Origin: an uncultured Candidatus Binatia bacterium | GTDB lineage: Bacteria; Desulfobacterota; Binatia; UBA9968; CAXXLF01 | Length of the DNA: 64,000 nt | Assembly: GCA_965218425.1 (NCBI GenBank) | Contig: OZ244621.1 | Coordinates: 288,001 to 352,000, forward strand | Reading direction: 5' to 3' | In this document: positions 37,944 to 48,031 of the stretch, in pieces | Numbering within the stretch: the first letter of the stretch is position 1 | Layout: every line of letters starts with the position of its first letter | Position numbers and translations under genes: made by a program | Notes under the pieces: model-generated | The model's input: the letters and a program-made list of their open reading frames with translations, nothing else | Database searches by the model: none | What the model was told of the DNA's origin: nothing

Positions 37944-39029
37944 TTACCATCCCAGGCGAAAAGACGGAACCTTGGCAACCACGGAAGAATCAACGCTCTG
38001 AACGTTGATCTTCCCGCAACGGGCCATGGTGAGTTCCACTTCCTCGCGTAGGATTTCCAACACTCGCCTCACCCCTTGCTCCCCGTCCACGGCGAGGCCC
38101 CAAAAAAGCGGACGCCCGATGCAGACTGCCTTTGCTCCAAGAGCCAGGGCTTTTACCACATCGGCACCGCGCCTGATGCCCCCATCCAGGAGCACCTCCA
38201 GTCGTCCTTTGGCCGCTGTGACCACTTCGGGAAGGACCTCAATGGTGGCCAGGGTATTGTCCAGCCCCCGGCCTCCGTGGTTCGAAACAATGACACCTTC
38301 TATGCCAACCTGAGCACAAAGCTCCGCGTCCTCACCCGTCATGATACCCTTGGCCACAATGGGAAGGTCCGTCTCGGCCCTGATCCATTCCAAGTCCTTC
38401 CAGGACACACCAGGGTCTGCCTCCGCACCTCGAGGCCTTCTCTCAGTGGAAGAGGCACGCTCCGTCCCCGCCCCGGCGTAATTAACAGTGCCTCTTCTTT
38501 GGTAATCGTTTCGGATATTACGCTCGCGCTTTGAAGGCCACGCCGAATCCAAAGTGATACACAGCGCCCTGTAACCATTGTCCTTGGCGCGTTTGATCCA
38601 ACTCCGGGTTACCTCCCTGTCACGAAAAGGATAGAGCTGCATCCACAGAGGGCCGGAATCCGCTTTCGCCAGATCCTCAAAGCTTGTATTGGAGTTGGCG
38701 CTCACTGCCATGATGGTCCCGTGGCTAGACGCTGCCCGGTAAGTGGCCACCTCCCCGTCAGGATGTGCCTTCTTATGGCCCCCGCAAGGTGCAATGAGAA
38801 TCGGTAAATTCACCTTGGCGCCGAAAACCATCGTGGAGAGGTCCACGCGGTTCACACCGGCCAGCACCCGTGGACGCATGGCGATGGACTCAAAGGCACG
38901 GCGATTGCGCGCCACACTGATCTCATCCGTGGCGCCGCCGGCAATATAGTCGTATTGTGCCTTGGGTAACCGGCCTTTCGCGATGGGCTCAAATTCAAAC
39001 AGGTTGATGGGTCCCGGACCAGAGATCAT
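37944..39029 (-). CDS. FMN-dependent alpha-hydroxy acid oxidase/dehydrogenase
   Basis: YDYIAGG, WMQLY, SNHGGR, LDGGIRRGADVVKALALGA. Confidence 0.93.
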   Translation of the reverse strand: MISGPGPINLFEFEPIAKGRLPKAQYDYIAGGATDEISVARNRRAFESIAMRPRVLAGVNRVDLSTMVFGAKVNLPILIAPCGGHKKAHPDGEVATYRAASSHGTIMAVSANSNTSFEDLAKADSGPLWMQLYPFRDREVTRSWIKRAKDNGYRALCITLDSAWPSKRERNIRNDYQRRGTVNYAGAGTERASSTERRPRGAEADPGVSWKDLEWIRAETDLPIVAKGIMTGEDAELCAQVGIEGVIVSNHGGRGLDNTLATIEVLPEVVTAAKGRLEVLLDGGIRRGADVVKALALGAKAVCIGRPLFWGLAVDGEQGVRRVLEILREEVELTMARCGKINVQSVDSSVVAKVPSFRLGW

Positions 39030-39048
39030 AAATATTCGCTCAAGAGAA

Positions 39049-39237
39049 CTAGTTCTTCAATGTGACATGTGGGCCGCCAAAGGCCTCGGCGCGATTGCCC
39101 AGGATCAGAAGATGGCCGCTACCCACGTTGGTCCCCCGGTAGTATTCTTTTGCGTTAAAACAGGCGACTTCGCTTTGCTTCACTACTTTTTCCTCGCCCT
39201 TGACCCCTTTGACCAGGGCCTTTCTCTCCACCACCAT
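39049..39237 (-). CDS. Small hypothetical protein (62 aa)
   Basis: Fills the gap in a co-oriented gene run. Confidence 0.4.
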   Translation of the reverse strand: MVVERKALVKGVKGEEKVVKQSEVACFNAKEYYRGTNVGSGHLLILGNRAEAFGGPHVTLKN

Positions 39238-39268
39238 ACTTATATTTTATTATTATTTTCTCGTGTCC

Positions 39269-40141
39269 CTATTGGGATTTTTTCCGGAGCCTCTCGTAAT
39301 ACTTAAACATCATCCCGCCAAAGCTGTATCCTTCTTTGTTTTGGGTCTTGGCGAGGTTGATCACGGCGTTGACGGTTGCAAGGAGCGGTGTCGGGATTTC
39401 TTTCTCCTCGCCGATCTTCAATCCGTGATAAACGTCTTTTGCAGTCCAGCTGGGATGAGTGTCCAATCCTCCCCCCTTTAACAACTGCTCAAAACTTGAC
39501 GCCCTGTCCGGGCGGCGCTCCTTCATCAGTTCTAGAAAACCTTCCTGGGTGATCTCATTGTCCAGACACCAGGTAAGTGCTTCATGCATGATCATGGTCT
39601 CGGTGGCATTGAACATCGCGTTGGCAATCTTGAGGAGTTTGGCCTTGCCCACATCACCCGCATACAGGTTTTTCTTTCCGATGGCCTGGAAGATCGGTTC
39701 GCACTCCTGAACCGTCTCTTTTCTCCCTGCCGACAGAAAAAGGAGGTTGTGAGCTTCAATTTCATAAGGGCGGCCCATGAGGGCAGCCTCCACGTAACGA
39801 CAACCGGCATTTTCCACGTTCTCCCCGATTCTTATACTGGTTTCGTGGTCGATGCTGCTGCATTCCATCAGGATGGCCCCCTTTTTCAAACCGGTGAGAA
39901 TACCACCCTCAGCCAGAACCGTTTCTTCCACCACTTTGGGCCAGGTCAGCACTGTGAGAACCACATCTGACTGAGACGCGAGATCGCCGGCATTCTTCGC
40001 CCTCTTGGCGCCCGCGTCGGCCAAATGGCTCATTTGTTTTTCATTGATGTCATAAACAACTACCGGGTAGCCCGCCTTCATGAGATTCTTCGCCATGGGG
40101 GTCCCCATATTTCCAACTCCGACCATGCCTATGGTGTTCAT
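39269..40141 (-). CDS. 3-hydroxyisobutyrate/beta-hydroxyacid dehydrogenase family
   Basis: GVGNMGTPMA.NL, LKIAN, KDV. Confidence 0.88.
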   Translation of the reverse strand: MNTIGMVGVGNMGTPMAKNLMKAGYPVVVYDINEKQMSHLADAGAKRAKNAGDLASQSDVVLTVLTWPKVVEETVLAEGGILTGLKKGAILMECSSIDHETSIRIGENVENAGCRYVEAALMGRPYEIEAHNLLFLSAGRKETVQECEPIFQAIGKKNLYAGDVGKAKLLKIANAMFNATETMIMHEALTWCLDNEITQEGFLELMKERRPDRASSFEQLLKGGGLDTHPSWTAKDVYHGLKIGEEKEIPTPLLATVNAVINLAKTQNKEGYSFGGMMFKYYERLRKKSQ

Positions 40142-40221
40142 GATGTTTTCTCCTCCTGAGAACCACTAACCTAAGACTATGCCTTTAATCGGGCCGTAGT
40201 TTATTCCTGGTACCTCCGGCT

Positions 40222-41641
40222 TGTCAATTACCCGTATTGCGCCATTTGTAATTCTAACCCTCCAAGGGCTCATTTTAGGGCTCAAAGAGGGCAACCATGG
40301 AAGGATTCATCATGGCACGACGATCCAAGCGGGAGTATTTACGATCCATCTATGACCGCTACCAGCACGCACCACGGGCGGAGAAGGGGATGATCCTGGA
40401 GCAATTCTGCAAGGTTTGCGGCTACAACCGTAAATATGCCATCTGGCTGTTAAACCGCCCTGTGCCCGAAGTAGCCGTACGCAAACGAAGTGTATCTCGC
40501 TCGCCTGCATACAGTCAGGCGATGGTAAGGATTTTGGCAAAGGTGTGGGAGGCCTCGGGGTATCTGTGCTCCCAACGTCTGAAGGCCGCCCTGGTGCACT
40601 GGCCGCCCTGGATAAGGCAACACTTCGAGCTGAGCCAACCGTTAGAGATCCAGCTATTGGCTATCAGTGCCCGTCAGATGGATCGGCGCCTGAGGGCAAC
40701 CAAGCACAGGGCGAAACGGCGAGTCTATGGCACCACCCGGCCCGGATCACTGCTAAAGCAGATGATTCCCATCAAGACCGATCATTGGGACGTGAACACT
40801 CCGGGCTATCTGGAGATTGACCTGGTGTTACACTCAGGGGCCTCAGCGGTTGGGGAGTTTATTCATAGCCTGGACTGCGTGGACATTACCACCTGCTGGG
40901 TACAGCGCAAGGCTGTCATGGGTAAGGGCAGCCTCGGTATCTTGAATGCGGTCACCGAGATCGAACACCAACTTCCTTTCCCCCTCAAGGGGATCGACTC
41001 CGACAACGGCAGCGAGTTCATCAACAACCAACTTCTTACCTTGTGTCAACAACGCCCATCTGGCCGCGTCATCCAGTTCACCCGCTCACGCCCCTACAAA
41101 AAGGACGACAACGCCCACATCGAGCAGAAAAACTGGACCCATGTCAGAAAGCTTATAGGCTGGGACCGCTACGACACGGCAAAGGCCTTAGAGGTTACCA
41201 ACCGACTCTATGATGAGCTTAGGATCTTCCACAATCTGTTCCAGCCCTCGATGAAGCTACAATGTAAAATCCGTAAAGGCTCTCGACTGATTCGCCGCTA
41301 TGACATGCCCCGTAGCCCCCTTGAGCGAGTGGTGGAGTCCCGAAAGGGAGATCCCAAAAAGCTGGCAGCCCTCAGTCACACGCTTAAGACAACCGATCCC
41401 TTTGAACTCTGTGGCCGAATCGATGAGCAACTTCAGGGGCTCTACAAGCTGGCCAGCCATTCAGACAGAGCACCGCGGGAAAGGCCGCCTCTGAAACACA
41501 CGCCGTGGAGGGAGTGGACGTTTAGCAAGAAACTGCAGGGCCAGCAACAGGAGATGAAACGACAGATGTCACAGAAGTTCGGTTAGATTTTGTCATGACG
41601 CAACGAACCCGGCTAGGGTTAGATTATTTGATGGCTTGACA
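40222..41641 (+). mobile_element. Insertion sequence with DDE/rve transposase; boundaries inferred
   Basis: TGTCAA at 40222 and TTGACA at 41641; repeated subterminal TTGCGYCAT..TCTAACC motifs at both ends; no clean target duplication. Confidence 0.6.
40297..41586 (+). CDS. DDE-type integrase/transposase (rve)
   Basis: GYNRKYAI HTH; PGYLEID, DSDNGSEF, DNAHIEQKN (D-D-E). Confidence 0.92.
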   Translation: MEGFIMARRSKREYLRSIYDRYQHAPRAEKGMILEQFCKVCGYNRKYAIWLLNRPVPEVAVRKRSVSRSPAYSQAMVRILAKVWEASGYLCSQRLKAALVHWPPWIRQHFELSQPLEIQLLAISARQMDRRLRATKHRAKRRVYGTTRPGSLLKQMIPIKTDHWDVNTPGYLEIDLVLHSGASAVGEFIHSLDCVDITTCWVQRKAVMGKGSLGILNAVTEIEHQLPFPLKGIDSDNGSEFINNQLLTLCQQRPSGRVIQFTRSRPYKKDDNAHIEQKNWTHVRKLIGWDRYDTAKALEVTNRLYDELRIFHNLFQPSMKLQCKIRKGSRLIRRYDMPRSPLERVVESRKGDPKKLAALSHTLKTTDPFELCGRIDEQLQGLYKLASHSDRAPRERPPLKHTPWREWTFSKKLQGQQQEMKRQMSQKFG

Positions 41642-41752
41642 GGTTACCACCGGGCCGCTATGTCAAAAAATATGGCGTGATGTCTTTTTTACCCTGTCCG
41701 ACTGGGGAAGATGAAATTTGCACATTCTCCATCCCCGTTACCTTAGGGCTTC

Positions 41753-41807
41753 GGGGCCTCGATGCAGAGGCCCATCGGCTCCCGCTGAGGGGCGGGCTCC
41801 CGAGCCC
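41753..41807 (+). repeat. Partial copy of the 20.5-20.9 kb repeat
   Basis: 49/55 identities to 20817-20871 by hand alignment. Confidence 0.85.
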
Positions 41808-41921
41808 TTTTTCTCCACCGCGAAGGGATGGCAGTCCTGTAAAGGCACGCTCACTCTGTTGCCGGGAATGGGGTCTCTTACTTGCAGAGGTAGACTTTTC
41901 CTAAAAGAGTCCTCCCCCAAT

Positions 41922-41950
41922 TTGACAGGGTGGGTGCCATCATATATTTT
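41922..41950 (+). promoter_or_regulatory. Candidate sigma70 promoter for the UbiD gene
   Basis: TTGACA-N17-TATTTT. Confidence 0.45.
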
Positions 41951-41995
41951 TGACCACGATTTTCGATCCGTCATAACTGAAAGAAAGGGGAAAAC

Positions 41996-43603
41996 ATGGC
42001 TTATCCCGACATTCACACTCACCTAAAAACACTAGAGGCCGCCGGCTATCTTCGCCGCATTCAAAGGACCATCAACAAGGATACCGAACTTCATCCGCTG
42101 GTACGTTGGCAGTATCGAGGGCTTCCCGAAGAGGAGCGAAAGGCCTGGCTCTTCGAGAACGTGACGGACTCCCGAGGACGGAGCTACAAGTTCCCTGTGG
42201 TTGTGGGGGCACTCGCCGGGAACAAGGACATTTACTTCCTTGGCATGGGCTGTAAGAGCGCTGAGGAAATGGATGAAAAATGGAAGCTCGCTCTAACGCA
42301 ACCGATTCCACCCCTTGTGGTCAACGAGGCACCTTGCCAAGAGGAGATTCATACGGGCGACGAATTGCAGCGCGACGGCCTTGGACTAGACGAATTTCCC
42401 GTGCCCATCTCCACTCCAGGTTTCGACAACGGTCCCTATACCACCTGCTCCCATTGGATCACCAAGGACCCGGAAACCGGAATTCAGAACATCGGCAATT
42501 ATCGCGGCCAGATCAAAGCCCGTACACGCATCGGGGTGTTTCCGTCTGGACTGGGCCAAGACATTTACGTTCATTGGAAAAAGGCACAGGCCAAGGGCGA
42601 ACCGTTACCCGCGGCGCTGGTGCTGGGTGCTCCCCCAGTGGTTTCATACGTTTCAGTGCAAAAGGTCTCCTACGGTGTGGACGAAATCGCAGTCGCCGGC
42701 GGGCTTGTGGGCGAGTCCATACGAATGGTGAAGTGCAAGACCGCAGACCTGCTGGTGCCCGCCGAATCGGAGATTGTCATTGAAGGACACATAAACACCG
42801 AGTGGATCGAACCGGAAGGCCCCTTCGGCGAATCCCACGGCTACATGCATCCGCGCCAGCTGAACCCGTTCATGGATGTCACGGCGGTCACCCATCGAAA
42901 GAACGCCATCTATGTGTCATGGATCAGCCAGGTCACGCCCAGCGAATCCTCAGCCATGCGAAAAATTGGCTACGATCGGCTGATGTTGGTGCATTTGCGC
43001 GACCAGTGCCGAATCCCCAGTGTCCTGCGCGTGGAGATGCACGAGCCACTGACGAATACCTACAAACTCGTGATCATCCAGATGCGCCGCCCCAACGAAG
43101 CAGAGGTGTGGCGCGCGCTGCACGCGGCCTGCTCTTTTCATCCCGGTGTAGGCAAGATCGTGGTGGCGGTGGACGAAGATATCGACCCCTCTAACGAGGC
43201 CGCCGTGTTCTGGGCCATGTGTTACCGCATGAAACCGCACCGTGATGTCCACATTGTAGGTGGCATGGAAAAAGGACACGCCCCCCCGTTTCTCTACAAG
43301 GATGAGCACCGCGGAACGGACGTGGTATCCTACCATTTGCCGGCTGATGAATCTGCAATGCTGTGCAACGCGATCCTGAAAGAACCCTTCCCGCCCATCT
43401 CGTTACCCAAGCGGGAGTACATGGAAAACGCGCGCAAGATCTGGGAGGAACTGGGCCTGCCGAAACTGAATCCCCAGATGCCCTGGTACGGCTACTCTCT
43501 AGGCCAGTGGGACGAGGAGTTGGATGAAGAGGCACGGATGGCAGTGGAGGGACGCCATTACGAGATCGGCGAAAGACTGAAGAAAGGTCGGGTGAAGGCG
43601 TAA
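41996..43603 (+). CDS. UbiD family prFMN-dependent (de)carboxylase
   Basis: KDPETG.QN.G.YR, EIVIEG, EGPFGE, VDEDID. Confidence 0.93.
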   Translation: MAYPDIHTHLKTLEAAGYLRRIQRTINKDTELHPLVRWQYRGLPEEERKAWLFENVTDSRGRSYKFPVVVGALAGNKDIYFLGMGCKSAEEMDEKWKLALTQPIPPLVVNEAPCQEEIHTGDELQRDGLGLDEFPVPISTPGFDNGPYTTCSHWITKDPETGIQNIGNYRGQIKARTRIGVFPSGLGQDIYVHWKKAQAKGEPLPAALVLGAPPVVSYVSVQKVSYGVDEIAVAGGLVGESIRMVKCKTADLLVPAESEIVIEGHINTEWIEPEGPFGESHGYMHPRQLNPFMDVTAVTHRKNAIYVSWISQVTPSESSAMRKIGYDRLMLVHLRDQCRIPSVLRVEMHEPLTNTYKLVIIQMRRPNEAEVWRALHAACSFHPGVGKIVVAVDEDIDPSNEAAVFWAMCYRMKPHRDVHIVGGMEKGHAPPFLYKDEHRGTDVVSYHLPADESAMLCNAILKEPFPPISLPKREYMENARKIWEELGLPKLNPQMPWYGYSLGQWDEELDEEARMAVEGRHYEIGERLKKGRVKA

Positions 43604-43646
43604 CAGATCATCATCTCGTCATTGACAACGTTGGGAAATAGTGGGA

Positions 43647-43719
43647 TCGAGGCCCCGTCATTTGATTCGATATGCCAACCTGTCATGAGCCTACAGTATC
43701 GGACGTCTCCCTTCTCTTC
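43647..43719 (-). repeat. Inverted partial copy of the 20.5-20.9 kb repeat
   Basis: About 80% identity over about 73 nt to 20755-20826; shared ACGTCCGATACTG and ATCAAATGACGG. Confidence 0.8.
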
Positions 43720-44161
43720 GTGCGAGGCCCTCTTCGCCCTCGGTTCACTGCTCAACAAGGGGAGCGAGGCGTAAGGCCGGGGGCATCGAACGCGCTGATC
43801 CAGATATTCACTGGCCCATTGCCCACGGCCGCAGGCTCGCTTCACGAGTAGACTGTGGGCTCGGTGGCTTGCCGTGAGTTGGCCAAAGTCGCATTGTAGG
43901 ACCTCCTTATTTCAAAAGCGGGAACATTCAAAATTTGGATTCCGACGGCTAGGAAACAAAATACTTTTTATAAAACACACCCAGCCGTCTTTGTCCTAAT
44001 TTTCAATCAGTTAAACCGATGGCATTTTTCTTGCACTTCGCTCTGCCTTATTCCCAACCAAAAGATTTGATCATGCTTACCCAATTCTCGTCTCCCATTT
44101 CGGCGACGCTGGAAAACTGGAAGCCAGGAAGCTGCTGGAGCGGCAGGCCTTCAACCAGCGG

Positions 44162-44551
44162 TTGGAGAACCGGCTCGAATTCTTCGTTTACACGGCTTTC
44201 ATCGACCGGGACGGGAAATATCAGCTCACGATGCTGCATCATTCGGGGTTTTCACCGGTGGCCAACAGCATGGGCCCCACGTTGAAGGAGGAATCGTTCC
44301 ATCTCTTCACGGGTCAGACCGGCCTCACGCGGGTAGTCAAAGAAAAAAGAAGAAACCCCATGAGCCAAGCCGCGCATACCAACGAAATGGATGAACATCT
44401 CAAAGAGGTGGTGCAAGCCCTCAACCGTGCGGTCAATGGGGCCATACCCCACGCTAAGGATCCCGGTGTTGCTGATAAAGCCATCCAGGATTGTAAAGAA
44501 ATCCTGGACACAGTGATGGAGGGAGGAGTCTCGGAGTGGCTAGATTCCTGA
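44162..44551 (+). CDS. Hypothetical protein, start uncertain
   Basis: Open frame with a helical C-terminal part; no family motif recognised. Confidence 0.3.
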   Translation: MENRLEFFVYTAFIDRDGKYQLTMLHHSGFSPVANSMGPTLKEESFHLFTGQTGLTRVVKEKRRNPMSQAAHTNEMDEHLKEVVQALNRAVNGAIPHAKDPGVADKAIQDCKEILDTVMEGGVSEWLDS

Positions 44552-44675
44552 TTGGTTTAAATCCATTCACAATCAATCGGAATTGACCATAATCTTTTGG
44601 CCCATTACTTAAAAATGTGCAGGAACTTGCGCTGGCAGGTGGAGTTGCGCTAAGTTATAATCAGAGCCGTCAGCC

Positions 44676-45842
44676 ATGATCATTGACTGCGATACGCATA
44701 TTATCCCAAGAAACGCCTTTGACTATATAGATGAAGGGTCGAAGCAGGTGCGGCCTCTTCTACACTTCGATAAACAAGGGCTCTACACTCACTCGGAATT
44801 TCCCGGGGCCGCCCCCCTCGTTCCAGGGACGACTCCCCTTCCCTCCTTTTCCACGTCCCGTGGAGGGTCCGGTACGGATCTTCTGGGGATGACAGACATG
44901 GAAGTGAGGCTCAAGGACCTTGAGCGGCTCGGGGTGGACCAACAGGTCCTACTACCCCAGTTTACCCCCTGGGCGTGGTCCAATCTTCTCGATCCCCAAC
45001 TCGCTGCGGCCATTGCGCGGTCATACAACCAATCCATGGCAGCGATCTTGAAACAGTACCCAAAGAAGTTCATCGGTGTTGCCCATGCGCCCCTGCAAGA
45101 CGTTAAAGCGGGGATTCGGGAGGCGGAGTGGGCCCGAAAGAACGGCTTCAAGGCAGTGGTGATGGATTATACCTACGCTGTAAAAGAGCATCCCTATGGC
45201 GAAACATTGGGTGAACACCCAGAGCTTCGTCCCATATTTCAGAAGCTTGAAGAGATGGACATGGTGTTGTATCTCCACGCGGTGCAACATGGTCACCGGG
45301 CGATCAACTTTAGAAGATTCCAGAGGATCGGGCTGGACATCTTCGCTCCCCACGACGGCCACATGACTCTGGTGTCCCTGATCACCAGCGGCCTGTTGGA
45401 TGACTTTCCCCAACTTCAAGTGGTTTACACGGAAGGAGGCACCGGATGGATCAAACCTCTCTTCCAACGGATGGACACCCGATTCGAACGCAACCTTCCC
45501 GATTACTCTCGAGATGCGGGGATTTCGGCCCGCAGACCCAGTGGTCCTCCACGGCTGGTTCCCAAGGAAGAAGCCGCCGCCAAAAACAAACTTAAACCCA
45601 GCGACTACCTGCGGAGAAACGTCCATTTCACCATCGAGACCGAGGAACCGGAATTGGCCGAGGCAGTTTCATTCCTGGGGGCGGAGCGGTTTCTCTACGC
45701 AACGGACTACCCCCACGACGATCCCGGCGGTCTCAAGAAATGGGAAGACAGGGAACTCCTTGAGTCCAATGGAAGGATCTCACAGGCAGACAAAGAACTC
45801 ATTCGTTGGCAGAACGCCCACGCGCTATTCAAGCAATCGTGA
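44676..45842 (+). CDS. Amidohydrolase_2 family protein (decarboxylase/hydratase-like)
   Basis: IDCDTH, LYLH, TEGGTGW, ATDYPH. Confidence 0.9.
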   Translation: MIIDCDTHIIPRNAFDYIDEGSKQVRPLLHFDKQGLYTHSEFPGAAPLVPGTTPLPSFSTSRGGSGTDLLGMTDMEVRLKDLERLGVDQQVLLPQFTPWAWSNLLDPQLAAAIARSYNQSMAAILKQYPKKFIGVAHAPLQDVKAGIREAEWARKNGFKAVVMDYTYAVKEHPYGETLGEHPELRPIFQKLEEMDMVLYLHAVQHGHRAINFRRFQRIGLDIFAPHDGHMTLVSLITSGLLDDFPQLQVVYTEGGTGWIKPLFQRMDTRFERNLPDYSRDAGISARRPSGPPRLVPKEEAAAKNKLKPSDYLRRNVHFTIETEEPELAEAVSFLGAERFLYATDYPHDDPGGLKKWEDRELLESNGRISQADKELIRWQNAHALFKQS

Positions 45843-45873
45843 GAGCTAATACTCACATGTTCGGAGGTGTCAC

Positions 45874-46502
45874 ATGGATATTGATGGACTACTGGAGATT
45901 ATAAAGAAGCGGAGGCACAACGGAAGAGTCAAAGCCGATCCGATCCCTGACGAGTCACTTAAAAAAATTATCGAGGCTGCCAGTTGGGCACCCTCTGGAA
46001 ACAACGCGCAACCCTGGGAATTCGTCGTGGTTAAAAGCCCCGAGACGAAGGCCAAGATTAGAGAGCTCACGGAACCGCCTCCGCAGGCCGGCGGACATGG
46101 CCATGGAGAGGCCCCCGTGGATCCACCCGTGGTTATCATGGTCTGTGGTGATACCCGAATCAAAGAGTCGTACCCTGAAAACGTGAACAGGACGGAGGTC
46201 TTCTACTCGAGCCTGGCGGCATGCATTCAAAACCTGCATCTCGCTGCGGCAGCTTGCGGTCTAGCCACCAACTGGGGCACGTGAGGGAGGCGGGAATGGG
46301 CCGCCTTGCAAAGGCGGTGGATCTCCCCGAAGGCATAGAGATCATCGCCATGGTACGGCTGGGCTATCCCCAGCAATCGCCGCCCCCAAAACGCCGAAGG
46401 TCTTTCCAGGAAACTGTGCACCTGGACAAATTCGACACGGCCAAGCTCCGGGATGTGAAGAAGTTCATCGAAAGCGACGGAAAGGGATGGGGAAGACTGT
46501 AG
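45874..46502 (+). pseudogene. Nitroreductase family gene with a 1-nt frameshift near 46281
   Basis: WAPSGNNAQPWEF and IQNLHLAA in the first frame; LPEGIEIIAMVRLGYP and KRRRS in the second. Confidence 0.85.
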
Positions 46503-46722
46503 GCGTGTCAGGACCCTGGTTACGACTTTCCTTTGATAATACTCTCTGTCTGTAAGATGATTTCCGTGGCGGTAGCTTTGTCTCTCAGGAAAAATCCGCT
46601 TGAGCAGCGGATACTGCCGGACAAGTGACGTGACAAGAGGAGTGAAATTGGACGGTAGAGAACAAATAAGACATGGAAACGATCCAATGCGCGAGGAACG
46701 GAAACCGAGATGGGATGGTGGA

Positions 46723-47955
46723 TCAGATTTGTTCCATAACCGGAACCTGGTGCGACATGAAGACTTCTCGCCGCTCGGCTGCGGACCGGAGAATACCCAA
46801 ACAAACCTCGAGTGTGGCTTCCCCCCATCTACCGTCATGAAACATGGGACGACCATTCACCACAGCCTCGTAGAGCTCCGTGATCTCCGCCTGCCGTCCC
46901 ACCATGGCCTGCGCAAGGGGTATTTCTTTCTTTTCTTCTTCCCCGTAAATGAGAATACCGTCTTGCGACTGCCGGATATCCCCCTTTTCGCAAGTAGCGA
47001 TCAATGGCCCGAAAAACTTTTGATGCCGTCTACGATTCTGTGATGGCCCCTCATTCAACTCCCAGCCATGACCGATCTGCCCGCGATCCAGCTCCCCAGC
47101 CCCATAGCGCAATTGTTCCTTGAATGCCTCGATGGTTCTTCCTCTTTCGGAACCGCGCAGGCTGTTGTAGCTCCTTCTCGCCTTGACATTGGCATCGGAG
47201 TCTCGCGTCTGCCCACCTTCCCCGATCCACCAGTGGATTTCGGAACTATCAAAAAACCCGTAGCCGCTGTAGACCATGGTCGCTGGTACACCGTTTTCAA
47301 ACTCGATGTAGCAAGCATAGGCGCCTTCACCCGGACGGGTGGGATCCCACCTCCCTGCCATAGCTCGGACACTCCTCACCATGCCACCGCCTAAAAGGCG
47401 CAGGATGTCCACTTGATGTGGCCCCTGGTTCAAGACCACACCCCGGCTCACGGCGAGCTCATGATCCGGATAAGGTCGAACCATAAAATCGTTAAAATTC
47501 CAGGTGTGGATCATGCAGAGCTTTCCCAACTCACCGCTAGCAATGATCTCCCTCATCTTCCTTATGGGTGGGTCGAAACTCTTCGTGTGACCGCACAGCA
47601 GTTTAACCCCGTTCTCATCCGCCGCGCCGTTCATTTGTTCGCACTCTTCCAGAGAAAGAGCCATGGGTTTCTCAACGATCACATGTTTCCGATTCCTCAA
47701 GGCAATAAGCGCATGTTGCGCGTGCAGTTCGTGTGGAGTGGCGACATAAACAGCATCCACATTGGAGCTTTGACACAGCTCCTCGATACTGTCATAGGAC
47801 TCGCCTTGAAAATTCTGGCGAAACGTCTCAAGGGCATTGGTTCTGAGATCCGCTGCTGCCGTGACCTCGATGTAGGGAAGTGCGGCAATTTCAGGCAATA
47901 CCCTCGTCGCCGCCTCTCCCAGACCTGCAAATCCCAGCCTCAGTATTTTTTCCAT
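46723..47955 (-). CDS. Gfo/Idh/MocA oxidoreductase, phthalate cis-dihydrodiol dehydrogenase-like
   Basis: VYVATPH..H, VEKPMAL, NQGPHQVD, GRWG.ATLEVC. Confidence 0.85.
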   Translation of the reverse strand: MEKILRLGFAGLGEAATRVLPEIAALPYIEVTAAADLRTNALETFRQNFQGESYDSIEELCQSSNVDAVYVATPHELHAQHALIALRNRKHVIVEKPMALSLEECEQMNGAADENGVKLLCGHTKSFDPPIRKMREIIASGELGKLCMIHTWNFNDFMVRPYPDHELAVSRGVVLNQGPHQVDILRLLGGGMVRSVRAMAGRWDPTRPGEGAYACYIEFENGVPATMVYSGYGFFDSSEIHWWIGEGGQTRDSDANVKARRSYNSLRGSERGRTIEAFKEQLRYGAGELDRGQIGHGWELNEGPSQNRRRHQKFFGPLIATCEKGDIRQSQDGILIYGEEEKKEIPLAQAMVGRQAEITELYEAVVNGRPMFHDGRWGEATLEVCLGILRSAAERREVFMSHQVPVMEQI

Positions 47956-48031
47956 GTTGGTTGACCGATCTTTCCAGCAGTGTCCAATTCAACCCCTTCT
48001 GATTGTTCCTCCGGTGAGCTTCGCTAATTGC

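Noticed and set aside
43604..43900. Cobalamin riboswitch
   Set aside because: No convincing B12-box; better explained by the dispersed repeat
46282..46284. Selenocysteine or readthrough TGA in the nitroreductase
   Set aside because: The same frame hits TAG shortly after; the family C-terminus is in another frame
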